Shown here: one piece after another, positions 35,496-44,612 of the stretch
Numbering within the stretch: the first letter of the stretch is position 1
Layout: every line of letters starts with the position of its first letter
IMG/VR virus record: IMGVR_UViG_3300047494_000112
Location: 123,325 to 187,324 of that record
DNA length: 64,000 nucleotides
Direction: 5' to 3' (one strand)
From: a virus
Notes under the pieces: generated by a model
Seen by the model: only the letters and a program-made list of their open reading frames with translations
The model's database searches: none
What the model was told of the DNA's origin: nothing
Program-made: the position numbers and the translations under genes

Positions 35496-35990
35496 ATGGA
35501 TTTCTTTTCAAAAGGTTTGACAGCAAAAGATTATCAAAACTTGGACAAGAAAGGCTGCATTGTATTACCGGATCGAAAAATTGAAAGCGTCTTGAATCTA
35601 AAAGATTTTTGGATAGTTGTATTGCGTGATGCCGATGAACCAGCTTATGTGCAAGTCTTTGCAACGCAGAATCTGCATGGGATGATGACCTCTCTCCTTG
35701 ATCTGGAACGCTCGCAAGGGGCATACGAAAACATAGCGGGTTCTCTATCTCAAGATGATTTGAATACAGATTTTAACAAAATGATATCTGACTTGATGCA
35801 GCGTTCAAATGTTTTAATTAGGCAAGTTAAAACCAGTCCTATAAACCCTGAAAGGACGATCGGTACTTGGCAAGCTCCAGATGAAAAACTTACGTCTAAA
35901 GACGCATACAACAAATATATTCTAAACTGTTTCATAGATTTTGATAAAATTCAGTCTACGGAAGAAATGCAAGAAAACGAGAAATTCTAA
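35496..35990 (+). CDS. Hypothetical protein
   Basis: AGGAG RBS; coupled to the ligase. Confidence 0.7.
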   Translation: MDFFSKGLTAKDYQNLDKKGCIVLPDRKIESVLNLKDFWIVVLRDADEPAYVQVFATQNLHGMMTSLLDLERSQGAYENIAGSLSQDDLNTDFNKMISDLMQRSNVLIRQVKTSPINPERTIGTWQAPDEKLTSKDAYNKYILNCFIDFDKIQSTEEMQENEKF

Positions 35991-37987
35991 TGGCACAAAC
36001 TATAGACCAAATGATCACAACACTAAAACTGTGGGATAAAGCTTACGCCAAAGGCAAGCCCATTGTAACTGACGCCATTTACGACGCCTTGCGTGAAAAA
36101 GCTAAAAAGCAAGCACCAAAGCATGAGTATTTCAAACTGCTCTCAACCAGGGACGCGCCTGGCGAAAAGGTAAAGTTGCCGACCCCAATGATGTCTCTGG
36201 ATAAAACTAGACCGTCTAGCATTGTTGAATGGGCCAAGTGGGATACCGAATATTTAATAGGTCCCAAACTGGATGGGTTGTCGGGCAAGTTAAAATTTGT
36301 CAAAGGCAGGCTGCAAATGGCTTTTACTCGTGGTGATGGTATCATTGGCCGTAACGTTACAGCGACAGCCAAATTGGTCAACGGCGTCATGCAAAACTTG
36401 CCAACAAAGGATTCATTGGAGATCAATGGCGAGTTTATCGTGCACAATTCAGTGTTTGCAGCGTTAAAAGAAAAAATGGCACAGAATCCAAAGCTAAAGC
36501 AATACAAAGCTGCACGCAATTTTGTTGTTGGTATGCTGAATACCAAGGAAGCTGATCCTGAGCTATTAAAGCATGTAACGTTCATTGTGTACTCGGTTGA
36601 TTGTCCTACAGCGAATTTCAAACACAAATTAGACCAACTAAATCTGGCTGCCAAACTAGGCTTTATCACAATTACAAACTGTGGCCGATGGAACGCTGAA
36701 ACCTATGTGGCCTATCAAGCCGGCAAAGCACCGGTAGTGTCAGGCTACAATTGCGTTGCAAATTTAGGAAAGTATCATTTCACCAAAGACGAAATTACAG
36801 AAAAGCTAGCTAGCTATTATTTGGCAACATGGCGTAAGGCCGTTGACATTGATCAGGATGGGCTAGTAATTGAAGTCGCTGACATGGCAAAGCGCAAAAA
36901 GATTGGAGCGGATGAGACTCCAAACTATGCTATCGCCATTAAGCCAGAGATATTAGACCACGCCTATTGTGACGTGCCTTTGAAAGAAAAAGAGTGGGCC
37001 ATATCAGGCAGAGGCTTGTACAAAATTACTCTGGTCTTGGCTAAACCAGCAGTGTTTAATGGCGTTGAAGTTACTCGCTGCAATGGCTTCAATGCCAAGG
37101 CAATCAAAGATGCTGGTGGGTTAGGCAAAGGATCCTTACTCCGCATTATTCGCTCAGGTGACGTTATTCCTCGTTGGATCGATACCATTAAAAATGTGCC
37201 TGATCAATTGCCTACGCACTGTATGCACTGCAAAAATAAATTGAAATGGACAAATTCAAACACTGATCTTTGGTGCGATAATACAAACTGTGTTGGGTTT
37301 CAGACCGAGCGTGTACATCACTTTTTTAGCTCATTCAAAATTGATCAGCTGGGTCCAGGCATCATTACAAAGCTAATTAAGAAAGGCTACAATACGGTCC
37401 CGCGTATTTTGCGAGTACCGGAAGATGAGCTAGCAAAAATTGAAGGGCTTGGCCCAAAGTCAGCCAAAACCATTATGACCAACATGAAGAAAAAGCTTGA
37501 AAAGGTATCACTGGCAAAAGTGATGGCTGCTAGCTTCATGTTCACCGATGAAAATGCAGGGTTGGGTGAACGCAGAGCAAAGGCAATCATTAACCATGTT
37601 GGCGAGAAAGCTTTGCTTGATGGACCAATTGATGAAAAGTTAGGTCGTACTTTGGCTCTAGAAATTGACGGCATTGGCACAACGTTGGCTGATATCGTAG
37701 TTGAAAACTTGCCAGCGTTCAGAACGTTTTACCGAGAGCTGCCAATTGGTAGCATTGAAAAGCAAAAGAAAACCAACGGCATGATTGCTGCCTGGAGTGG
37801 TTATCGTTCACAAGAGGAAGAAGAGTTATGGACAAGCAGAGGCGGTGAGGTTGGGTCAGTGACCAAAAAAACAACTGTCCTATTCACTAGCACTCCAGGT
37901 TCAACAAAGAGCACCAAGGCTAGAAACTACGGCATCAAGATTATCGACAAAAAAGATGCCATGCAATTTCTTCACAACTGGAAATAA
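35990..37987 (+). CDS. ligA: NAD-dependent DNA ligase
   Basis: Domain Ia (AYAKGKPIVTDAIYD); KLDG adenylation motif; TRGDG; IDQDGLV; RSGDVIP; zinc finger; HhH; BRCT-like tail. Confidence 0.95.
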   Translation: MAQTIDQMITTLKLWDKAYAKGKPIVTDAIYDALREKAKKQAPKHEYFKLLSTRDAPGEKVKLPTPMMSLDKTRPSSIVEWAKWDTEYLIGPKLDGLSGKLKFVKGRLQMAFTRGDGIIGRNVTATAKLVNGVMQNLPTKDSLEINGEFIVHNSVFAALKEKMAQNPKLKQYKAARNFVVGMLNTKEADPELLKHVTFIVYSVDCPTANFKHKLDQLNLAAKLGFITITNCGRWNAETYVAYQAGKAPVVSGYNCVANLGKYHFTKDEITEKLASYYLATWRKAVDIDQDGLVIEVADMAKRKKIGADETPNYAIAIKPEILDHAYCDVPLKEKEWAISGRGLYKITLVLAKPAVFNGVEVTRCNGFNAKAIKDAGGLGKGSLLRIIRSGDVIPRWIDTIKNVPDQLPTHCMHCKNKLKWTNSNTDLWCDNTNCVGFQTERVHHFFSSFKIDQLGPGIITKLIKKGYNTVPRILRVPEDELAKIEGLGPKSAKTIMTNMKKKLEKVSLAKVMAASFMFTDENAGLGERRAKAIINHVGEKALLDGPIDEKLGRTLALEIDGIGTTLADIVVENLPAFRTFYRELPIGSIEKQKKTNGMIAAWSGYRSQEEEELWTSRGGEVGSVTKKTTVLFTSTPGSTKSTKARNYGIKIIDKKDAMQFLHNWK

Positions 37988-38117
37988 GAGGGTCTGAATT
38001 AATTTTTTAGCTGTGTTTGTAATCGTTACAATTGGATTTTGGGCTGCGGAATATATTCGTCAACAGTTGAGTATCTTAATAACGCTTGCGTTCAACAACA
38101 AAAGTAAGGAGATTATC

Positions 38118-38711
38118 ATGTCAAAGACAATTGAATTTGTGGACGTTGACTGCCTAAAAGTTGGTCAGCTAAAAGACGGCGCTAAGATTATGGTCATGTG
38201 TCGAGAAAGAAATGACATTTTGACCGTAACCTGGAATAGACTTGAACGAGAGTTTCAGACCTATAGTGGCTTGACTCTTGACGTGGATGACATTACGCAT
38301 TGGTGTCCTTTGCTTGACCAAAGCAGTAGCCAATTGAAGGCTCAGGAAAAGCCTTTGACCAAGCTACAGCTTAAAGCCAGAGAAAAGGCAGAGGCGGATA
38401 TTAAAGCAATTATTGCTGAAATGAACGAGTTTGAAAAGTTTAAAGAAACCCAAGAAAAAACTATCAATTCGTTTATTGAAGACCTGGATAAAAAGGGTAC
38501 AGCTTTGTATGACAAAATTCATAAAATGAAGGGTGAATTGAAGGGAAACTTTGCCGAGTTTGTGGAGGAAGCAACTGAACACACAAGCTATTTTGGATAC
38601 AATTATCCTGATAATGATCTAGATGAATGTGAATACAAGGCAAATAATCCTGTAACCTTTGAAGCATTCCAGCTGTGGATAGAAAATGAGGATGAGGATT
38701 ACAATGACTAG
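38118..38711 (+). CDS. Hypothetical protein with coiled coil
   Basis: AAGGAG RBS before the ATG at 38118. Confidence 0.7.
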   Translation: MSKTIEFVDVDCLKVGQLKDGAKIMVMCRERNDILTVTWNRLEREFQTYSGLTLDVDDITHWCPLLDQSSSQLKAQEKPLTKLQLKAREKAEADIKAIIAEMNEFEKFKETQEKTINSFIEDLDKKGTALYDKIHKMKGELKGNFAEFVEEATEHTSYFGYNYPDNDLDECEYKANNPVTFEAFQLWIENEDEDYND

Positions 38712-38886
38712 TGAGGATCAAGTATTAGTCATGGAGAAAAGATCTGACGGAGTATGGTGGCTGGTTGAGGAACCAACTCCGGACTTTGAAATTGAAGGTA
38801 GTGTAACCCATGCAGTTGTAGTTATGCTTCTCTTTTTCTTTAGCTGTTGGGCGGTAAGCCACATTCTATCGTTATTTCACTTTTAG
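38704..38886 (+). CDS. Small membrane protein
   Basis: C-terminal hydrophobic helix. Confidence 0.55.
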   Translation: MTSEDQVLVMEKRSDGVWWLVEEPTPDFEIEGSVTHAVVVMLLFFFSCWAVSHILSLFHF

Positions 38887-38896
38887 GAGGGCAAAA

Positions 38897-39721
38897 ATGA
38901 TTTCGGTACACGGTAAACAGATAAATAGTTTTAACTATCCCGGTGGTGAGGTTCACATTTCATCTGAAACCGCAATACTAGGCGCAACAGTACGCGCTGA
39001 TTTACGGTCATCAAACGACATTATGGAGCTGCTAATTTTTGCAGATGCTTACCATCGCCGGTTTAATGGTATTCCGTTGAAACTAAAAATTCCGTACCTG
39101 CCCTATGCTAGGCAAGATCGAGTAGCCAATAATGGAGATCCTTTGTCAGTCAAGGTAATGGCAGATTTGATCAACTCGTGCAAAGCAGAATCTGTTGAGA
39201 TATGGGACTGCCATTCAGACGTGGGTCTGGCATTGATCAACAATGTTGTGCATGTTCCTCAGCATCATTTTGTTCGGGTGTTTCAAGATGGTCCAGCAGT
39301 AATGATTGCGCCTGATGCCGGAGCACAAAAGAAGACTTTAAAGTGTGCTCAAGAATTTGAAACCACTCAGGTGGTGATGGCAACCAAACACCGAGATACA
39401 AGAACAGGAGAGATTACAAATACCACCATTGACGGAGTAATTCCGGCTTCTGGCCATCTCATGGTTGTCGATGACATTTGCGATGGAGGTCGAACATTCA
39501 TTGAATTGGCTAAAGCGATATATAATCGAGGTCTTTTTACAAAAGGTCTCAATGCGCTTAGCCTGTACGTCACTCATGGAATTTTTTCAAAGGGTGTAAC
39601 GGAGCTATTTCAATACTACGATCACATTTACACGGCCAATCCTTGGTCAAGCGTTACTGTAAAAGTGCCAGCGATTGAAAATTTGGTGTTTGAGGTATCG
39701 CGTAATCAATCCGTTTCCTAA
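38897..39721 (+). CDS. Ribose-phosphate pyrophosphokinase-like protein (candidate NARP1 Adps)
   Basis: YPGGE; PYLPYARQDR; D.HS; APDAGA; K.RD; VVDDICDGGRTF; YVTHGIFS. Confidence 0.9.
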   Translation: MISVHGKQINSFNYPGGEVHISSETAILGATVRADLRSSNDIMELLIFADAYHRRFNGIPLKLKIPYLPYARQDRVANNGDPLSVKVMADLINSCKAESVEIWDCHSDVGLALINNVVHVPQHHFVRVFQDGPAVMIAPDAGAQKKTLKCAQEFETTQVVMATKHRDTRTGEITNTTIDGVIPASGHLMVVDDICDGGRTFIELAKAIYNRGLFTKGLNALSLYVTHGIFSKGVTELFQYYDHIYTANPWSSVTVKVPAIENLVFEVSRNQSVS

Positions 39722-39780
39722 TTGCTACCCAAGACTACAACACGAAACCTATACATTCTTCGCAGAAAGGAAGAAATCAA

Positions 39781-41274
39781 ATGCGTATTTTCCCGCCACA
39801 TGCTACTGACGTTTACAAAACCGGTCATATCTATCAGTACCCGCCAGGCACCACTCAGGTGTACAGCAACTTTACGCCCCGCTCTGATAAGCTGGCAAAG
39901 GTTGGTCTGGGCTTTGATCACAAGGTAGTTTTCTTTGGCCTCCAAGGCTTTTTGAAGGAACACTTGCATGATCTTTGGGGCGGCAATTTCTTTGCTCAGC
40001 CAAAAGAATACGTCCTAGAGCAATACAAGCGCCGAATGGATGGAGCTTTAGGAGAAGGCGCTGTAGGGGTTGAGCATTTTGCAGCTTTGCACGATCTAGG
40101 GTATATGCCTTTGCATATCAAGGCTTTGCCTGAAGGAGCGCGTGTCAATATCAAGGTACCGCTGCTTACAGTGACCAACACTCATCCAGATTTCTTTTGG
40201 CTGACAAACTACATTGAGACAGCAATGTCAGCTGAGCTGTGGAAACCAATTACTTCCGCAACAACAGCGTTTGAACTTAAGCGCATCCTTATGAGGTATG
40301 CATCTAAAACGGGTTCTGCAAAAGAATTTGTGCAATGGCAAGGTCATGATTTTTCATTCCGAGGCTTGAGCGGTATTCATGACGCAGCAGTTTCCGGTGC
40401 AGGACATTTGCTATCCTTTAACGGTACTGATACAATTGTTGCAATGGATTATTTGGATCAATATTATCGAGGAGCCGAAACTTTTATCGGTGGTTCAGTT
40501 CCAGCTACAGAACACAGCGTAATGTGTATGGGAGGCCAAGACGATGAGGTGGAGACATTCCGTCGTCTAATCCGCACTTACCCGTCAGGCATTCTTAGCG
40601 TCGTGTCTGACACCTGGGACTTTTGGAAAGTGATTACTGAAACGGCCACCACATTGAAAGATGAGATAATGGCTCGTCAACCAGATGCTTTGGGTAATGC
40701 AAAGCTGGTATTTCGTCCTGACTCTGGTGATCCTGTCAAAATTATCTGTGGTGATTCAGGAGCAGAAAGGGACACTCCTGCGTATTGGGGTGCCATTGCA
40801 ACTCTTTGGGACGTGTTTGGTGGTACGACGACAAGTACAGGTCACAAGCTATTAGATTCTCACGTTGGTCTGATCTACGGTGACAGCATTGACTTGCAGA
40901 AAGCTGAAACCATCCTGGGACGATTGGAACGGCAGGGTTATTCTTCTGGCAACGTTGTGTTCGGTGTAGGCTCGTTTACCTATCAATATGTGACGCGAGA
41001 CAGCTATGGAACAGCCATGAAGGCTACCTTTGGAGTGGTAAATGGTGAGGATAGAGAGTTGTTTAAAGATCCAATTACCGATAGTGGTGTCAAGAAATCG
41101 GCAAAAGGCTTATTGCGAGTTGAGCTGGAAGACGGAGAGTATGTACTGTATGACCAGCAAACTCGTGAACAAGAGAAGCAAGGAGAACTAAAGACTGTTT
41201 ATGCAAACGGTGAGATAATCAACAAGAATTCTCTCGCTAAAATTCGCGAACGCTTAAACAGCTTTTTTGAATGA
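39781..41274 (+). CDS. Nicotinamide phosphoribosyltransferase-like protein (candidate NARP1 Namat)
   Basis: TDVYKTGH; HDFSFRG; GTDT; VPATEHS; SVVSDTWD; RPDSGDP; IYGDSI; FGVGS; FKDPITD; KKSAKG. Confidence 0.93.
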   Translation: MRIFPPHATDVYKTGHIYQYPPGTTQVYSNFTPRSDKLAKVGLGFDHKVVFFGLQGFLKEHLHDLWGGNFFAQPKEYVLEQYKRRMDGALGEGAVGVEHFAALHDLGYMPLHIKALPEGARVNIKVPLLTVTNTHPDFFWLTNYIETAMSAELWKPITSATTAFELKRILMRYASKTGSAKEFVQWQGHDFSFRGLSGIHDAAVSGAGHLLSFNGTDTIVAMDYLDQYYRGAETFIGGSVPATEHSVMCMGGQDDEVETFRRLIRTYPSGILSVVSDTWDFWKVITETATTLKDEIMARQPDALGNAKLVFRPDSGDPVKIICGDSGAERDTPAYWGAIATLWDVFGGTTTSTGHKLLDSHVGLIYGDSIDLQKAETILGRLERQGYSSGNVVFGVGSFTYQYVTRDSYGTAMKATFGVVNGEDRELFKDPITDSGVKKSAKGLLRVELEDGEYVLYDQQTREQEKQGELKTVYANGEIINKNSLAKIRERLNSFFE

Positions 41275-41558
41275 TTAACCTTGGAGGGGAGCTTAGAGCT
41301 CCTCTCCATCTCTTGATGGAGAGTTTTATGAGGCAGCTTTCAGCCCTTGAAAAAGAACAAAAGCTAATTGATATTGGCTTTTCAATTGCAATGATAATAA
41401 CTGACAAAAGGTATAGCAAAAAATTTAGTAACATGACCCAAGAAAAAATTGCTGAATGGGTTGCTGAACAATATAAAGGCTGTGGATTTCCAACAGTACC
41501 TTGTGGCATGTCATGGGGTGTTTTGACAAGGGAGTATTGTGATGACCGAGTTTCATAA
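41271..41558 (+). CDS. Hypothetical protein
   Basis: ATGA coupling. Confidence 0.55.
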   Translation: MINLGGELRAPLHLLMESFMRQLSALEKEQKLIDIGFSIAMIITDKRYSKKFSNMTQEKIAEWVAEQYKGCGFPTVPCGMSWGVLTREYCDDRVS

Positions 41559-41817
41559 GATACCAGATACTGAGCATTATGCAATATTGACTACTCGCAG
41601 AGTCTATATTCCTGGTGATGAAAGGTCACAAACTAATCCTGGACACGGTTATCCTGCTTCCACAGAGACATTTATCAATTATGAATCATTCTCTGATCGA
41701 AAAGCTTGGGAAGCAAAGATTGATTTTCTTGCTAAGAGGCAAGATACATTTAAGGCACTACACGTTGTTCCTGCTGAAATTACGGTGACTACTCAGGTAA
41801 AGGTAAAGACACCATGA
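41539..41817 (+). CDS. Hypothetical protein
   Basis: ORF in operon context. Confidence 0.65.
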   Translation: MMTEFHKIPDTEHYAILTTRRVYIPGDERSQTNPGHGYPASTETFINYESFSDRKAWEAKIDFLAKRQDTFKALHVVPAEITVTTQVKVKTP

Positions 41818-41880
41818 TAGGAAATGTAATCGACCCAGGCTCAATTCTTGAGACGAGGAATAAGCAGCGTTTGGAAAGGA

Positions 41881-43059
41881 ATGCAAATGAGCAAAGTGCT
41901 TGACCTGAATACTACTGTCAAAAAGATTGGTTGCATTTACGAAGAGTTTCTGCTAGAGAATTGGGGTAAAGTTAAGCTGAGCGAAATGCAAGATTTGATA
42001 ATAAAAGAATTACGTGAAGCGAATGTAAGGCTAAGAGAGGATTTTGGATATAAGACCAGGTATTACCAGCCTAAAAAGATGAGAGGCCGACCTGCTCCTT
42101 CTAATGCTACAATTGAACGTGCTGCCCAAATGGCTGACATGAAGCTAAATGAACGCATGACCTTGGAAGAAATTGGTGCTCATTATGGCATGACACGCGA
42201 ACGTGTGCGTCAAATTCTAAACAAATTTTCCAAAGAGCAGTATCAGGCTTACCGAGCAGATGTTTCTGAAGCTGCTCAGCGTAAACGAGAGGCGTTAAAG
42301 GATGAAATTGAACAGCGTAAAATTGAGCGGCAAAAATATTGGGATCAATGTCACGACATTGCAAAGCAAGATTTTGCAAATGGCTTGACTTGGGATCAGG
42401 TTTTGGAAAAGAATGGTTGGACCAGAACCATCCAGCATCAACTACTCGACAAATATGTGGATCTAATTCGATTTCCCAGAGTAAGAATTGCAGCAAAAAT
42501 GACAGACGAAATTTGGAATGAAAGATACGAGATAGCCAAAAGAGTCCTGTCTGATGGAGGATCTTCGGAGGAAATTGCGTCAAAGCTGCACATATCAATT
42601 AGCTGCATTACTGCTATATATAAAAAGTTTCCTGATCTTAAACAGTTGGTTAAAGACCAAAGAGATAAAAAGAAGCAAAAAAGAAAGTGTCCTACTTTTA
42701 AGATCTATGATAAGGTTTGGGAACAGAGATACACTATTGCAAAAGAAATGCTAGACCAAGGAAAAAGTTGGGATGAGGTGAAAAAAGCTTTAAATTTGAA
42801 AGGCTATTCTAGTATCATTCTTCTTCAAAATCACTATCCTGATTTAAAGAAAAAGCCAGGCCATCGTAAAATAGGAAAAGGAAATCATGCCTTATCACCT
42901 GACGTTTGGCAGTTTAGGTATGATACAGCAAGGCAGATTTTATTCTACGACAAGGGTACGTGGAATGACGTTGCTCGTAAATTAGATTTGAAAATATCTT
43001 CAATGAATCGACTCAAAGTCAAGTTTCCTGATTTGAAAAACGCAAGGACAAATAGGTAG
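41881..43059 (+). CDS. Multi-HTH protein: sigma70 region-4-like HTH followed by four tandem HTH-like repeats
   Basis: MTLEEIGAHYGMTRERVRQIL; four copies of W..RY..AK..L..G.(S/T)W..(V/I)..(K)L.......(F/Y)PDLK. Confidence 0.8.
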   Translation: MQMSKVLDLNTTVKKIGCIYEEFLLENWGKVKLSEMQDLIIKELREANVRLREDFGYKTRYYQPKKMRGRPAPSNATIERAAQMADMKLNERMTLEEIGAHYGMTRERVRQILNKFSKEQYQAYRADVSEAAQRKREALKDEIEQRKIERQKYWDQCHDIAKQDFANGLTWDQVLEKNGWTRTIQHQLLDKYVDLIRFPRVRIAAKMTDEIWNERYEIAKRVLSDGGSSEEIASKLHISISCITAIYKKFPDLKQLVKDQRDKKKQKRKCPTFKIYDKVWEQRYTIAKEMLDQGKSWDEVKKALNLKGYSSIILLQNHYPDLKKKPGHRKIGKGNHALSPDVWQFRYDTARQILFYDKGTWNDVARKLDLKISSMNRLKVKFPDLKNARTNR

Positions 43060-43566
43060 ATGCAAAACACCTGGCAGTGGCGGAGCTTGGTTGCTCTAAA
43101 AACTCTATCAGAGAGCAAACTTGTAAAATTGTTCAAGCTGCCAGAGTTTAGAGTGATTATGCAAGATAAACCGTACTACAAGTCTCTAAGACTAGAAAAC
43201 TATGTCAAAGTAGAATACAGCAAAAAACGAGGAAATTTGCTGTTACTACATGCTGATCTAAGCCATCAAACAGCCAGTCCAAATTACATGGAATGGCTGT
43301 GGTACTCTCAAGCTAGAGGAGGCTCAGCTGCAAACTATGGCCCTTCATTTAAAATTTCACCACAAGTTGTAGCTCAACAGCATGCTTTTTGGGTACCTTT
43401 AGAGCAATGGTGTGAATTTCCTGACAAGTGGAAAAGCTTTAAATCTGACTTTACAATTGCAATTCGTTTGGATGAAGATGAGGTTCCAATAAAGGTAAAA
43501 CGCCTCTGGTTCAAGAAATACTTTGCTGAGTTTAACCGATTACGAAAAGAGGGGTTAGAGTTATGA
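43060..43566 (+). CDS. Hypothetical protein
   Basis: ATG directly after the upstream TAG. Confidence 0.7.
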   Translation: MQNTWQWRSLVALKTLSESKLVKLFKLPEFRVIMQDKPYYKSLRLENYVKVEYSKKRGNLLLLHADLSHQTASPNYMEWLWYSQARGGSAANYGPSFKISPQVVAQQHAFWVPLEQWCEFPDKWKSFKSDFTIAIRLDEDEVPIKVKRLWFKKYFAEFNRLRKEGLEL

Positions 43567-43892
43567 CAACCTGGCGCTATCAGCTAGTCTATGAAATTCA
43601 TTTGATAGGCGAAGAAGAAGAACGTGTGTATTCCTTCTGTGAAGTGTAGCCAGATAAAGATGAAAAATTATCTGGCTACACTGATCCTCAAAGGCCGGTA
43701 TCGGCTGAAGATGTAATGGGGATATTGTGGACGTTGGCCAAGATGAGAGACTCTGTGATAAAGTACGGTGCAGTTGAATACAAAAAATTAGAATCGGGAA
43801 TGAAATTCCAAATCCAGGAGAAGAAAAATGGACCATTGGATAATCAACAAGCTGGAAACATTGTGGATGAAGGTCCCGGTCTCACCATATGA
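43563..43892 (+). pseudogene. Small phage gene interrupted by an in-frame TAG at 43647
   Basis: MTTWRYQLVYE...FCEV*PDKDEKLSGYTDPQRPVSAEDV...; the frame stays open for 81 codons after the stop. Confidence 0.55.
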
Positions 43893-44301
43893 GGTTTCAA
43901 GATTCTTGATAGTAGGTGCCGCATTTCCAATGAGCTTTGGTTCAGGATTTCAGATTTACCAAGGTGACAAAATAGCTTTAATACTATTGTTTATCTGGGC
44001 TTTGATTATCCGAAGCGATTATTTGGCAACAATTCAAGCTGAGAGAGAAAATTTAAGACAACACTACAATTCTCAAAAGATCAGCCAATTCATTTGGAGA
44101 ATTTGGCTAATTGTTTTGACTTTTCAAACAGTGTTTGTAATTGCATTAGATATTAAATGGAATCACTTTGATTTCTATGATCTATATTCTTTGGGATATC
44201 CAATGCTGGCAATTGCTGCCTACCTACGTGCCATTAATTGGATAAAGCCTCCGCCTAAGACGGTGCAAGTAAAGATTCCAGAAGGAGCAGTATTTACCTA
44301 A
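43828..44301 (+). CDS. Multi-pass membrane protein
   Basis: About four hydrophobic segments; AGGAG RBS. Confidence 0.75.
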   Translation: MDHWIINKLETLWMKVPVSPYEVSRFLIVGAAFPMSFGSGFQIYQGDKIALILLFIWALIIRSDYLATIQAERENLRQHYNSQKISQFIWRIWLIVLTFQTVFVIALDIKWNHFDFYDLYSLGYPMLAIAAYLRAINWIKPPPKTVQVKIPEGAVFT

Positions 44302-44332
44302 TTCTGGTAAAGTAAAACGAAGGAGAATAAAA

Positions 44333-44611
44333 TTGAATTGTCAATTTCCGTTTGGTGATCCGCGAGACAGAGAACATTTTCACTTTTGCGGAAAGCCCAC
44401 TTGTGAAAACAACAGTAATGTTCCCTATTGTGAAGAATGCTACAACCTTGCTTATGATAGCAATCGAACCAAACACTATAACAATAGGGCAAATATTAAT
44501 CCTCAACCAAAGGTTTTGGCAGTAAAGCCTGTCAAAGAAGCTCCGCAAAAAAAGATCAAAACTCCCGCCATCGCACCTAAGCGAATGGGCATAACTATAG
44601 AGGTAGATTAG
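44333..44611 (+). CDS. Stand-alone GcrA C-terminal-like domain
   Basis: CQFPFGDP...HFHFCG.P...PYCEEC...AY matches the GcrA CTD Cys motif; AAGGAG RBS with TTG start; no N-terminal HTH. Confidence 0.75.
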   Translation: MNCQFPFGDPRDREHFHFCGKPTCENNSNVPYCEECYNLAYDSNRTKHYNNRANINPQPKVLAVKPVKEAPQKKIKTPAIAPKRMGITIEVD

Positions 44612-44612
44612 A

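Noticed and set aside
35990-37987. Intein or intron in the ligase, topoisomerase, helicase or primase
   Set aside because: Lengths are normal, motifs are contiguous, and no LAGLIDADG or C-terminal HN-C/S/T splice signature was seen.
43647-43649. Genome-wide TAG recoding
   Set aside because: Many genes end in TAG with the next gene or tRNA starting immediately (e.g. 9400, 43059, 44611). Long conserved genes contain no internal TAG, and no suppressor tRNA is in the window.
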